64,000 nt of DNA from Cyanophora paradoxa CCMP329 (GCA_004431415.1 QPMI01000131.1:1-64000), one strand, 5' to 3'. Counted from the stretch's first letter, positions 9,964 through 22,505 are shown. The notes: generated by a model from the sequence alone, not told the origin. A program made the numbers and translations.

Positions 9964-11498
9964 CTATCGTATAAATGCGCCCGTCACATCGACTCTCATG
10001 GTCGGGGCATTTATATATACCAGCGGATATATTCGTATATATCTTGTTCTCAGTGGGAAACCTATATAGAAAACATCGTTTATTGCAAGCGGAAAGCCCC
10101 CGTTATATGATACATCCCCAGAATTATGTGCATTATTTATATTCTCACATACAAACATTCTATTCACACCTTCATACTTGATATATGACCATGAAACCCA
10201 TCTTGCGATGTTGCAACATTGAAAGTCTTAATAAACGCAGTTGTTATACCTGACCCATAAGCAATTATCGAAGCGATCTCATATGTATATGGGAATGCTA
10301 TTTGCAGATATTCTGTTGGCGTTTCCCATACTCCGTTAATTGCGGATGCATTCGCTTCCCATCCAGTTAATGATGGGCGGGCTTTAAATGCCTCCTTTCC
10401 AAATTTCGCAGACGAAGCGGTAAACGCATTATCAGGTAGAAGATACCAATTAGCATCAATGGGAGGTATGTTATTAAGAGTGGATGATACATACGATCGG
10501 ACAGGGTTCTTAATCTCATAGTTTGTTACCAGCAAATCACAGAGTCTATTAATCATATTGTCGTTTGCTTCTATATACGATTCGGTCGCAGCTATCATTT
10601 CAGGAATCTTAGAGGTATCATCAAGGGAGTTCAATATATCTTTCGGAAGCGGCACAGAGAGTCTATAATATCTTGCATATCCTTGGTCATCGTTATATGG
10701 TAGAAACTCATGCATCTTTTCAAGAGCAGACAGTTCACTTGCAGCCATAAGCATATTGATTAATGGACTTCCAGAGGTCGAAGCAATCCATGAGAGAATA
10801 CCCCAGGTATTCACGTTCTCATAAGGATAACCGACGGTTGATGCATCGGTTTCGTTAACCTCACCACAAGAGATGCTAATAACTATAATGTCGTCGTCGT
10901 TATCATATATCTTTTTCGCGTGACTGTAACCACAAACGCTTGGGTTATTGTTACCAGATATTGCACCATCAATTAGACACATGCCGTCGTAATCGACAGG
11001 AGCGAAATATGTAGGAGCGGCAGAAGTAGAACGTGCTGCAATCTTACTTGGTATGGTCTTGTAATCGTTGTCGTTTGCTATAAAAATGGGTTTCATGCTT
11101 ACAGTGTCGAACGTCGTAATCACCACGTCTTTCAGGGAATCTTTTATGAGAGCTTCCCCAGTCACAGAGAGAATGGCGGTCTCTAATGGTGTTACGTCGT
11201 ATTTCGTATTAAAAAGGGCATTCTCTATGATGTTTCGTGGATTCGCAAAGATCAGAGGGAGATGATAGAGGTAAGTATCGTGAAGGTCGGTTGCAGTTAG
11301 TTTAGGTTCATTTGGAAATTCGGGGTTTTTCACATTGAGACCGATTGCAATAATACCGCCTGTGGATGTTCCACTTACGAGATCTACAAGATCGATCACG
11401 CGTTTACCGGTTCTTGTTTCGATCTCTTTTAGCAATCTTGTTATGATGATACCACGAGCGCCACCTCCGGACAAAGATAATACGACTTTTAGGGGCAT
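9964..11498 (-). CDS. Patatin-like phospholipase fused to an F5/8 type C (discoidin) domain; one frameshift near 10197
   Basis: Patatin motifs LSLSGGGARG, GTSTG and DGA. Discoidin-like LPDNAFTASS..ARP..W..EYLQIAF..ATSQDG continues in ORF 9964..10167 as SWSY..MF..PLRTRYIRIYPL..MRVDVTG. Confidence 0.88.
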
Positions 11499-11546
11499 CT
11501 TTACTTATCTTAAATTTAATAAATCTGTATAAGTAGAGCAAGCAGG
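11499..11546. promoter_or_regulatory. 48-bp bidirectional promoter between the patatin and fibre genes
   Basis: Inverted motif ctttacttat ... ataagtagag flanks an AT core between two divergent ATGs. Confidence 0.5.
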
Positions 11547-14500
11547 ATGAGTTTCAATTATCCAGCAAATTTACAGACAGTATCAGGTGGTGGTAAAGGG
11601 AACCCAAAACATGTGAACTTTGATAATATCACCATTAAAGGGTCGGCTTCTATTGATCAGAGCGCGGATAAACCCTCGAAAACTCATCCCCGGGTTCATG
11701 CTTTATCGGTGAACCAAACGGATCCTGATAAAGAAGATGTTAGCATTGCTTTCAGTTTGGGCAATGTTAAAAAAAACGCTGTTGCAGAGATCAAGGCAAC
11801 CAGAAGGAGACCACGGAAACTTAAAACCAGTGGAACGCATCCCGATATTCCCACACGATTCGATAGCGGACGTTTGGTTTTCAACGTCCAGGATGAGAAG
11901 GGAGTTCATCGTAGCGGTTTGAGAATTTATAATGAAGGATCAAATACGATTGCACAAATTCCCCAGATTTTACAGGTAGCCCCACATGGCGAAGAGAATC
12001 AGATTCGCCACACCAACAGTATTTATCCGAAGGACATCGTCGAAAATGCAGAAACTAATGCACTGTTTGGTTTCACTCTTCCACAGGATACTTCCAAAGA
12101 AAAAGATTCAATCACGGTCGACAGTAGCCCCAGTCAACCAGTAGCCATTCATTTACACCCCGACCTTGTCGAAATGGATAGGCATTTACTACCTTTGAAA
12201 ACAAATACCAAAGACCTTGGTATTAGAACCCGACAGTGGCGAAATATTCACGGTAGCAACGTGTATGCAAACGGTGAGAAACTTGTAAGCGAGAAAACTA
12301 TCAGAGAAATATTCGAACATTACGGACCTGTTCCGGTTCCGTTTCCTCTACCATGGGATCCGCCAGATCTTACACCAAAGAAGCAACCAGGAAGAGAGTA
12401 TACAGCAGAAGAGAACGTTGCATTTGGGCAACATATCGTGAGTTGGGAAAAAGTTCGAAACAAACCAGTATTTACAGTGTATCAACCACCAACAGAAGAG
12501 CTTCTTGCACCAGATGTGAACGTTATACCTCTTGAAGATCGACGATTCGAAGAAGATAATGAGTTACCTGATGGTTTCGATCCAAACCTTATAACATACG
12601 ATCGCTACGAACCATATGATGAACAGCTTTTACCTGATGGATTCGCACCCGATCTATTTGATTTCATTGTTGATTGGGAGGACATCCGAAATAAACCCCA
12701 AACATATCCACCTGATCCCCATGCTCACGATTGGGACGAAATAGAGAACAAACCTGATAGATTCCCACCTGTGGATCATAGACACGATTGGGAGGATATC
12801 GATGGAATACCAGAAGAATTTCCACCAGAAGACCATAGACACACTTGGGATCAAATCGATGCACCAGAAGAGTTTCCACCAGCACCACATAGACACAATT
12901 GGAACCAAATCGACCAGCAACCTACATTCGCATCAGCAGGTGATGCTGTCAATGATGGGCTACATGGTGTGAGTCTCTATAAGAATATAGACACAGAGGA
13001 AAGATTAATGTTAGATACGTATTACGTCAATCGTCACGGAATAAATGCAGGCACCACAATGGAAGGCGAATTATATATCAGACCACCTACACGAGTTAAT
13101 TTAGTTGCAGCAGGTGGAGGTATTGGAGTAATGCAGAATAAACCGGGCATCTATCTAACAAGTTACTACCCAGATGACATCCCGATGACAGTTACATTAC
13201 CACCTATCCCATCTCTTCCAGCCGATCCAATTAATTTTGTAGACAAAGATGCAGCAATCCAAATTAACGTTACTGATGTAAGCGCTCTTGATGGATCAAG
13301 ACCAAAGTTAATATTTAGTCGAGATCGGCTCTTACCTGATGATTTAATTGGAGATCGAGACGATTATAAGCAATGTGAGATAGGGTGGATTAAAACCAAT
13401 TATAATGATGTTGATAAGCAAGGGGTCTTGGAAATCAATCAGAGAGCAGCAGCAAAAAACATACACAACGAAACAATATCACGAGTGGTCACAGAGGATT
13501 ATTTAGAAAACAAGAATTACATAGATGGAACCGAATTAGCTACGGCTTTGCTTCCTTTGGCGGCAGTTTCAACTGTCCAATCTTGGTTAGGTAACTACCT
13601 TCCCCTCACAGGTGGAACCATAACAGGTAATCTGACAGTCAATGATACATTGAGTGTAGGTAAAGAGATACACCTAAGTGGAAATCAGTTCGAGAGAGGA
13701 TCCCAAGATTTCTCTACATATAATCCAAGGGAAATAGCAGATTGCCTACTTCACTTTAACGCAAACTCTGATAATTGGAAGAGTGGAGCGCTTGTTTATG
13801 AACTCAAAAATTACGCAAGGGGCGGCTCAGTTTGGAATTATATTAATGTAGTTAACACTCTTGTTAGTTACGGCAGTGTTACTTTCAGCTTCCTCGGTCC
13901 AAATAGTAAAAAGTTCTACCAGGTGGCTACCACAAACACATTTTCATTCATCAATTATCAATATCAAACTTCTACTCTTTATGATACTATTCCTTTCAGC
14001 GGAATTACGGTCTCATTTGTCATTCGATTTAAACCAAGCGTTCCAAATGAAACAGTTTTACGAATCGACGGCTCAACACATGTGAATGGAAACAATCTCA
14101 GTTGGTTGATTACTAAAACAAGCGGGTATTTGAATGTCAATAAGAATGGCTACGATTTAGTGAGCATTCCAATATCAACAACAGAAGGGAATTCTTGGAC
14201 AATGTTCGATATTCGAGTAACAAGCACAACTGTTCATTTTGGTGTAAATGGAAAACATAGAGATACAATATCTGTTCCTGCCGATTCAAGATATCCACGC
14301 CAAGATGTCAATAAAATACATGTGGGTGATAGCGTTTCAAAATTCGATTTATGCGAACTCCTTTGTTATGGTAGAACCCTTTCAGATACAGAACTACAAA
14401 ATATTAGATGGTATTTACAGCAAAAATACGGTTTTCCGGAAGACCCTTTAAATCCATATCCATTGGATAACAACAAGATTCTTGTTAGAACTAATGAGTT

Positions 14501-17500
14501 TAAAGTAACCGGCACCCTCTTGGCGACGAACGTTATTATGACTACATCAACCTCAGGCACAGTATCGACTATGAGCCTTCAAGAAAAAACAAATAGCTTG
14601 GAAGAGAGTATTTATACACAACAAGAGGCAATTACAGCACTCCAAACTGAGGATGCCGCACTTGCAACAAGAATAAATAACATAGAGAGTGATTATACTT
14701 CTTCTAATGTGGTTCAAGAATGGACAGCACCTTTAACGGCATCGAATGTAGTTCAAGAGTGGATAGCACCATTGACTGCATCGAATGTAGTTCAGGAATG
14801 GATTGGACCTTTAACAGCATCGAATGTGGTTCAAGAGTGGATTGCGCCATTAACTGCATCGAATGTGGTTCAAGAGTGGATAGCACCTTTAACAGCATCA
14901 AATGTGGTTCAGGAATGGATATCAGATTACTTACCTCTCACAGGAGGGACACTGTCAAGTAATCTTACCATCTCGGGTAATCTCAAAGTGTCAAGCAACA
15001 TTCAATTAGGAACTCATGGGACGGTTTTAGATGTGACTTATGACACACCCTATTATCCTATCACATCCAACACTGACCCTGCATTTACAATTCCGAATTG
15101 TCTTATAGCTGCAAAACCATCTGGCTATGCCCATCTACAAAATGGGCATGGAACAACGATCACCAACCGAGCAACATTGGCTGTTCCATTCATTCCACAA
15201 TTTTTTATGACTGGTTCCTCACGGGAATCATACTATAAAATAAATCCATTACTAAATAACCAACTTACTTTGAAAGCATCTGACAACCCCAATTCATCCA
15301 TTCATTTGTTTTCAAACAGAAATGATACTGTGGATTGGAGTGAGGGAATAACAATATTTAGTGTGTGTAGTGTGAGGTCACTTACATTGGTCCATGCAGT
15401 GTTTGGCGTGTTTAATTATAATGTGCATGAAGTAAGGTATGGCACACACATAGATTGGTTTGTGAACCCACCTGTTTGCAAATGGGGCATGAATAGATAT
15501 GTCCATGTTGCTGATGGGGTTAACATGCAATATGGAACACCAACATATAGTAATCTCCCAACTGTCTATATGCCTTATGAGGAATATGCAAATTACAAAT
15601 TTGCATACTGGGACACAACCATTACTTCAAACAGCATATCATATTCAATGAATGGGAAGCATTTAGGAACTGTTGCTGGTAACTGGCTTCCACCATCATC
15701 ATTTAATAATTTAGGACCTGCAAATATTGGGGGAGAGTTTGCAGAACTACTTGTTTTCAATAGAGCCTTGACCGAGATTGAGAAGCAACAGGTGAGGTAT
15801 TATATTCAGCAGATGTATGGATTTCCTATAACTCAACCTCTTTACTATCCTGATAATATGCGAATATCAGCAAATTATCTCTATCTAAACAACTTACACA
15901 TTGGTTCAAATGCTATCATTCCAAACTATACCACATCAAATGTGGTTCAAGGTTGGATACAGAACCACACACCTGCGTGGTCAAATATCACAGATAAACC
16001 ATTAACTTTTGCTCATGATGCTCATTCTCACACAAAGTCAGAGATAACAGATTTCGCCATACTCATTTATGGCGGACATCACAGATAACCGTTAACATTT
16101 GCGCCTGATACTCATTCTCACACAAAATCACAATAACAGATTTCGCCATTCTCATTTATGGAGGACATCACAGACAAACCATTAACGTTTACTCCTGCTA
16201 TTCACACTCACACAAGTCAGAGATAACAGATTTGCCACACTCATTATGGGCAGATCTCACAGACAAACGTTAACATTTACTCCTACTACTCACACTACAC
16301 AAATCACAAATAACAGATTTCGCCCATTCTCACACAAGTCAGAGATAACAGATTTGCCCACACTCATTTATGGCAGACCTCACAGACAAACCGTTAACAT
16401 TTACTCCTACTACTCACACTCACACAAAATCACAAATAACAGATTTTGCCCATTCTCATACGAAGTCAGAGATTACAGATTTTGCACACACCCATTTATG
16501 GGCAGATCTCACAGACAAACCGCTCACGTTTACTCCTTCTGCGCACACTCACACAAAGTCTCAAATTACAGATTTCGCCCATTCTCATACAAAGTCAGAG
16601 ATAACAGACTTTGCCCACACTCATTTATGGAATGACATCACAGACAAACCATCAACGTTTGCCCCTTCTGCGCACACTCATGATTACTTGCCTCTCACAG
16701 GAGGAACAATTTCCTCAAATCTTACGATTTCATCCAACTTGAATGTTATAGGAAAAATTCAAATTGGAGACAAAAATACAAACATTGATGTATACTATGA
16801 CGCACCCTATTATCCTGTTACTTCTAATACAGACCCCGCTTTTGCCATACCAGATTGCCTCTTAACAATAAGATTAGATGTTGTCCCTGTCGGCATAAAC
16901 ATCAGTCACGCCTTTATTGCAAATAGAGCAACTACGGCAATTCCCTTTATTTCCGGGGTAACCTTCCCATGGTCAGGATACAACACAATAACTCAATTGA
17001 GATCTGATTACAATAACCGAAACATTGCCCAACAACCTACTTATTCATATACAAGCCGGGAATTTGGAATGCCGTATCCCGTAACTGTGGATTGGTCAAA
17101 AGGTATCACCATCTTCTTTGCAGGTTCTTATAGATTTTGGGGACCGTTGGTAGATCTCTTAAATTTTAGTTCACCAGATGGAACTAATAAAGTATCCTTT
17201 GGGACAACAGGTAGCAGTATGGGTATACATTCTTATACAAGCAATGGTGTGACTTACCCAGCAGCACACTTAAATTATCCCACATCGTATTCTGAGTTGT
17301 CGCCGAATCATTGGGACTTTACAGTTTCTTCAAATGTCTGCACTTTCGGATTTAACGGACAAGATTTAGGCACAGTCATTACAGAAGTGGATTATCTTCC
17401 ACCTTCCACTTTTAGTAGGATGGGTGTTGCCTATTTCATTACGGCAGTAGGGGAATATATTATATTCAACAGAGCATTGACATTTGATGAAAGGCAAAAA

Positions 17501-19542
17501 GTGAGATATTATATGCAAGATTATTTTGGCTTTCCAAAAAAGCAAACAATCGTTATTCCTGATAATCTACGCATTTCTGCTGAAAATGTTCATATTAGAA
17601 ATTTAATCGTTTCTTCAAATGCAAGCATTCCAAACTATACCACATCAAATGTGGTTCAAGGTTGGATACAGAACCACACACCTGCGTGGTCAAATATCAC
17701 AGACAAACCGTTAACGTTTGCTCCTGATGTTCATACTCACACAAAAGACCAAATATCAGACTTTTCCCATTCTCATTTATGGAATGACATCACAGACAAA
17801 CCGTTAACCTTTGCTCCTGCTGCCCATTCTCATTTATGGAACGACATCACCGATAAACCATTAACCTTTGCTCCTGATGCTCATTCTCATGCATGGACAA
17901 CCATTACAGGTAAACCATTAACCTTTGCTCCTGATGCTCACACTCACACAAAGTCTCAAATAACAGACTTCGCCCACAATCATTTATGGGCGGACATCAC
18001 AGACAAACCGTTAGCGTTCACTCCTACTACTCACACTCACACAAAGTCTCAAATTACTGATTTTGCCCACACTCATTTATGGGCGGACATCACAGACAAA
18101 CCGTTAACATTTGCTCCTGCTGCTCACTCTCATTTATGGGCGGACATCACAGACAAACCATTAACATTTGCACCTGCTGCTCATACTCATGATTGGATAG
18201 GTATTACAAATAAACCTTTGCTGTTTCCGCCCGATGCTCATACACACCCTTGGAGTAGTATAACAGAAAAACCATTAACATTTCCGGCAACAGCTCACAC
18301 TCATTTATGGAATGATATTACAGACAAACCAACATTTGCAACTGTTGCGACAACCGGAAATTATGATGATTTAATTAACAAGCCAACATACACAGCGCCC
18401 ACAAATTTTGACGCTACAAGTATTATTTCCACAGATCGCACAGGTGATTGGAGAAATTACAACGGAGGAATATTGACAGGGACACAAATACTTGGGCGAA
18501 CACATGGGCTGCTTCTGATGAAGATTGTAGTAGCTGTAAAATGTATTGGAATGTCCCAACAGGAATGAAATCTTGTTATATCTATTATGCTTGTCATTAC
18601 AATTGTAGATACTTTGATGTGGTGGGAATTTATCCTCCAACAACTGTGTATACATATTTACGAGTAAATGCCTATTCTACTGCAATCGACCCATCAAAGG
18701 AATTCAAACAGTATGTTGGAATAAATTGTGAAGGACTAACCAAAGTTGGTGTTCATGGACAGAAAGGAAGAATTTATTTACCCGGTCCAATTGCTGTTGG
18801 ATGGAGCAAAAACCCTGCTGTAACTTCACACAGTGGTTACTGTCATTGGGATAATATCTTCGGAAAACCAACAGCTTCAACATCTGTCGGTCCTCACTCA
18901 CACAGCAAAGCAGATATCACAGATTTTGCACATACTCACACAAAGGCAAATATTACAGATTTTGCCCATACTCACACTAAATCAGAAATCTCAGATTTGC
19001 CTTCTTTTGATCCATTCACAGCCAATACGATCACAGCAAATAATACTATGTATGTAGGATCGGGTTCAATAGTAACTCCTGCATCACCCACAAACCAAGA
19101 AACATGGTTCTTCCACAATTCCGCAAACTTTTATGATAAAACACTGCTCTGTCGTGGAAATGCTTATGCAAGAGCATTTTATGCGATGAATGCAGGAACC
19201 ACAAACACAATCAGCCAAGTTCCATCTTGGTATGATATAGAAAGACGTTTCAAATCAGGAAAATATCAAGCCACAAGTGGTGTTATAAGCGCGGGTCAAA
19301 CAACACAGCATGCATATGTTTTATATTGGGACCCACCTTTTTACACTCAGACACCTGTTGTAAATGCCACACTTCAAGGAACTCCTGCAACAAACCCAGG
19401 GGATGTAGATTTTAGAATTGGAATCTCAAACTCCACAGCTAACTACACAACAATCTATGTGACATTCATAGCATCCCCTACTCTATCTGAAAGTCGAAGT
19501 ATCACATGCACTATCCATTGGACATGTCATGGTATACCATAA
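11547..19542 (+). CDS. Giant fibre/adhesin-like virion protein (~2600 aa if joined); frameshifts at ~16060-16370 and ~18480
   Basis: ORFs 11547..16088, 16370..18568 and 18448..19542 share repeats. Phage tail-fibre motifs: HTHTKSQITDF, W.DITDKP, YLPLTGGT.(S/T).NL and ATVATTGNYDDLINKP. Three LamG/ConA-like domains end in E...(Y/F).R.L(S/T)..E.Q.(I/V)R.Y.Q..(Y/F)GFP. Confidence 0.8.
14697..14930 (+). repeat. 39-bp coding tandem repeat x6 (TASNVVQEWIAPL)
   Basis: Visible in both the DNA and the translation. Confidence 0.92.
15975..16680 (+). repeat. HxH / W-x-x-I-T-D-K-P tail-fibre repeat block (second block at 17685-18335)
   Basis: Many near-identical repeats of cacagacaaaccgttaac and cactcacacaaagtc. 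Confidence 0.9.
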
Positions 19543-19591
19543 TTAACTCACAGATCGCTTTATTTTTCTAATCTTCTTAGTAAAAGAAGCA

Positions 19592-20437
19592 ATGGGTGAA
19601 TACAACCGAGTCCAATTACCGGTTTACGCATTGGGTGCGCCCGCAATTCATTTCAGACAACATGAAGTATCCGATGAGATTCGTGGTATGGAATCAACAG
19701 AACGCGCAAACTCAGGAAATGCGTTCGATAAAAACAGTGTGATTCGCGTAAAAGAACTACGAGCCGATAAGAATTCGGGTGTGGTAAAAACAACTCAATT
19801 ATTGGTTACAAATGCGAATTTTCAATCAGCAAACGGAGAACCCGATGCGTATGGTGTAGATATCAAAGCATTCCAATTCGACAATACGCGAGCCGCCGCC
19901 GTTATCCGATCAGGAGGCGCTGTTATTGGTGGTGGATGCCGAGTATCCGGAATGCTTGGCTCTTCTGCTGCGTTTAACGATATTCCGGACACCTTACCTG
20001 AACATGCAGATAATCCCCAACGAATGCGTATGTTTCTTCCATGTGGAGATTCCCCATATGCTTTTGCTATCATACGAGCAAATGTAAATATAAATGATGC
20101 TACCCAACCCCAAGGTATTGACGGACCTTGGAAAATGGCTGATCAACTTTTACCGAAAGCGATTTACTCCATGTGTCGCTCTCAGAATGGAGGTGTAGAA
20201 GGATATACATTCATTGTTCAAGCGGTAGGTCATGGAGGGCGTGGATGGGTTATAAGAAATCCTGCAACACAACCCAACACTTTTGATTTTTGGGCATCTG
20301 AGGTTGGAGGTTATGATATTATGATTTATGGATATCGTAATGATGAGGCGGCATGGGCTGTTGCTAACTGCATAAATCCCGATGCTCAACTATCGAATTT
20401 CTATAATGAACCATACCCCGAAGATCCCGTCCCATAA
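19592..20437 (+). CDS. Putative virion spike/fibre-associated protein, paralogue 1
   Basis: 281 aa; shares ELR.D.NSGVVKTT.LLVTNANF and RSGGA.IG.G.RV.G with the next ORF; C-terminal YGYRND. Confidence 0.6.
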   Translation: MGEYNRVQLPVYALGAPAIHFRQHEVSDEIRGMESTERANSGNAFDKNSVIRVKELRADKNSGVVKTTQLLVTNANFQSANGEPDAYGVDIKAFQFDNTRAAAVIRSGGAVIGGGCRVSGMLGSSAAFNDIPDTLPEHADNPQRMRMFLPCGDSPYAFAIIRANVNINDATQPQGIDGPWKMADQLLPKAIYSMCRSQNGGVEGYTFIVQAVGHGGRGWVIRNPATQPNTFDFWASEVGGYDIMIYGYRNDEAAWAVANCINPDAQLSNFYNEPYPEDPVP

Positions 20438-20456
20438 TTATGTTTCGATATATTAA

Positions 20457-21302
20457 ATGGCTGCACCTGCACCACCTGAACGCATCTTAACTGCGCAACT
20501 ATCGTTAGCTGCGCCCGCAAACCACGTATTACAGCATGCTATTATCGATAATATCGATGGTCTCGAATCCACAGAAATCGCACCAACTCTCAATACCTTC
20601 GGTGATACTCATATGCTGAGACTGAGAGAGTTGCGATGTGACACCAACAGTGGAGTGGTGAAAACAACGAGACTTCTTGTAACAAATGCGAACTTCAACG
20701 CTCATTATGGAGATCCCGACAGTTACAATGATGATAATAAGGTTACCAACTTTGCTTACGAAGCAAGAAGGGGCGCAATTAAATGTAGATCCGGAGGCGC
20801 TTATATTGGGGACGGACTAAGAGTTGGTGGTATCATTGGAGCGCCTCTAATCGTAAATGACCAACCCAATCCTGATGATGAAAACACGAGAATTAGAACG
20901 TATTGCCCGGGTATGAATGAACCTTACATTATTAAAATAAACACGATTATAATAAACCTGCAAACTGCCGTAATTGACATAATAGAACCGCTGGGAAACC
21001 ATTACAGATATACCGAAAAGCTACCTGCGGATATTTATGCATTATGTAGGAGAACCGATGTAGCAAGACCACGTATTACAGTTCAAGTAGTCCCCGTCGA
21101 TAATTTTGGTCTTGCTTTCCATTCATTGCCTCTTTTGGATACGCAAGATGATGAATATATAATTAGGGCAACACAACAAGGAACATTCACGGTTATTATG
21201 TATGCCGAAAGAAACGATGCAATCGCAAGAGGAAACCGCTATGGTCAATATCTAACCACAAATCTCTATAATCCCATCGGCGGTAGCGATCCGCTACCAT
21301 AA
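20457..21302 (+). CDS. Putative virion spike/fibre-associated protein, paralogue 2
   Basis: 281 aa tandem paralogue. The C-terminal module (DQPNPDDENTRIR..LP..VQVVPV..YAERND) resembles the end modules of phage/NCLDV spike proteins. Confidence 0.6.
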   Translation: MAAPAPPERILTAQLSLAAPANHVLQHAIIDNIDGLESTEIAPTLNTFGDTHMLRLRELRCDTNSGVVKTTRLLVTNANFNAHYGDPDSYNDDNKVTNFAYEARRGAIKCRSGGAYIGDGLRVGGIIGAPLIVNDQPNPDDENTRIRTYCPGMNEPYIIKINTIIINLQTAVIDIIEPLGNHYRYTEKLPADIYALCRRTDVARPRITVQVVPVDNFGLAFHSLPLLDTQDDEYIIRATQQGTFTVIMYAERNDAIARGNRYGQYLTTNLYNPIGGSDPLP

Positions 21303-21323
21303 ATCTACGGTATATATAGAGGA

Positions 21324-21560
21324 ATGGATGAAAAAACAAGGAGATTTATTGAGTCTGCGATAATGGTTCATGGACTTGATAAGTTTGATTACACCGAAAC
21401 TGTCTATAAAAAGGCGCAAGAGAAGGTATCTGTGAGATGCCTGCAATGTAATAAAGTCTTTCAGACTTATGGATTTAACCATATAAAGGGGTCAGGATGT
21501 AGACAGTGTTCTAAGAAACACTCTCATGCATACAGAAAAAGACTACATGGGGAATCGTAA
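21324..21560 (+). CDS. DUF723-like Zn-ribbon protein (homing-endonuclease-associated domain); C-terminus probably broken
   Basis: FIESAIMVHGLDKFDY..VY....KV.V.C..C..F....NHIKGSGCRQC pattern. Confidence 0.75.
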   Translation: MDEKTRRFIESAIMVHGLDKFDYTETVYKKAQEKVSVRCLQCNKVFQTYGFNHIKGSGCRQCSKKHSHAYRKRLHGES

Positions 21561-21780
21561 TAGAAGAGAAACCGATTATGTTATATTTTGATTAGAGTTT
21601 CGAAAGAGAAATGAGCATCTTTCCGCATTTACCTTTGGTTATTATGCAAGTATCAAAGCAATTCGGACATGTCTTATGATAATGGAGCATTATGATATCG
21701 ACCAACTCATACGGAAATACTTTCGCTAAGATGGTTCGCATCCTACCAATTTCGTTTTTTATTTTCTATATAATTCATAA

Positions 21781-22179
21781 ATGAATCATCGCGGTTCCCA
21801 TGTAATGTTAGATTACAAGTTCAATCATCCATTGATGGTGGGATTGGAAAACTTGGAGACCACAACAACGTGGTTAATGCAATTTTTACAATCTATTATA
21901 CAAGAGCAAGGTATCCGAGTTGTTCACAAGCATTGCGAGATTTTCGATGGTGGTGTTTCGCCACCGGGTTTTGCGATGGTATTACTTCTTGATGAGAGCC
22001 ATTGCACCGCTCATTGTTACTCTGACCAAGGAATGTTAGCGATTGATGTATTCACTTGCGGAACCGAAGCGCAAAGTAAGACCTCCGTAATATCTAAATT
22101 GATAGATGAGAGAATAACAGAGATCTTTTCAGGGTTGGAGAAAGCGGAGAAGCAGATAGCAGCGCGATTTCCGAGTTAA
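21781..22179 (+). CDS. speD: S-adenosylmethionine decarboxylase proenzyme, short prokaryotic/viral type
   Basis: GSHVMLD N-terminus; autocleavage site LLDE-SH; AIDVFTCG motif; 132 aa, intact. Confidence 0.88.
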   Translation: MNHRGSHVMLDYKFNHPLMVGLENLETTTTWLMQFLQSIIQEQGIRVVHKHCEIFDGGVSPPGFAMVLLLDESHCTAHCYSDQGMLAIDVFTCGTEAQSKTSVISKLIDERITEIFSGLEKAEKQIAARFPS

Positions 22180-22228
22180 TCACACTGAGATTTTGAAGAA
22201 ATATAACATGTCTTATTGAATATCGTCA

Positions 22229-22505
22229 GGTGTAACAGGTGTAACAGGTAAATCCCAAACTTCGCTCCTAGGGAGGCCAAAAACCCAAAACTTTGGGATT
22301 TACCTGTTACACCTGTTACACCTTGGGATTCACCTGTTACATCTATCAAACAAAGCATTAATATATTCGATTCCTTACATTGATTATAGTGTCATGTAAC
22401 AGGTGTAACAGGTGTTTCCCAAACTTTCCTCATAGGAGATGAAAAATCCAAAACTTTGGGATTTACCTGTTACACCCGTTACACCTTGGGATTCACCTGT
22501 TACAC
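22229..22505. repeat. Two further copies of the GTGTAACAG iteron palindrome (22229-22341, 22395-22505)
   Basis: Same arms and a similar spacer to 4231-4322; each is followed by an extra partial right arm ttgggattcacctgttaca. Confidence 0.9.

Noticed and set aside
9478-10181. Short plus-strand ORFs over the minisatellite and AT tract
   Set aside because: They are translations of repeats or antisense to the discoidin segment.
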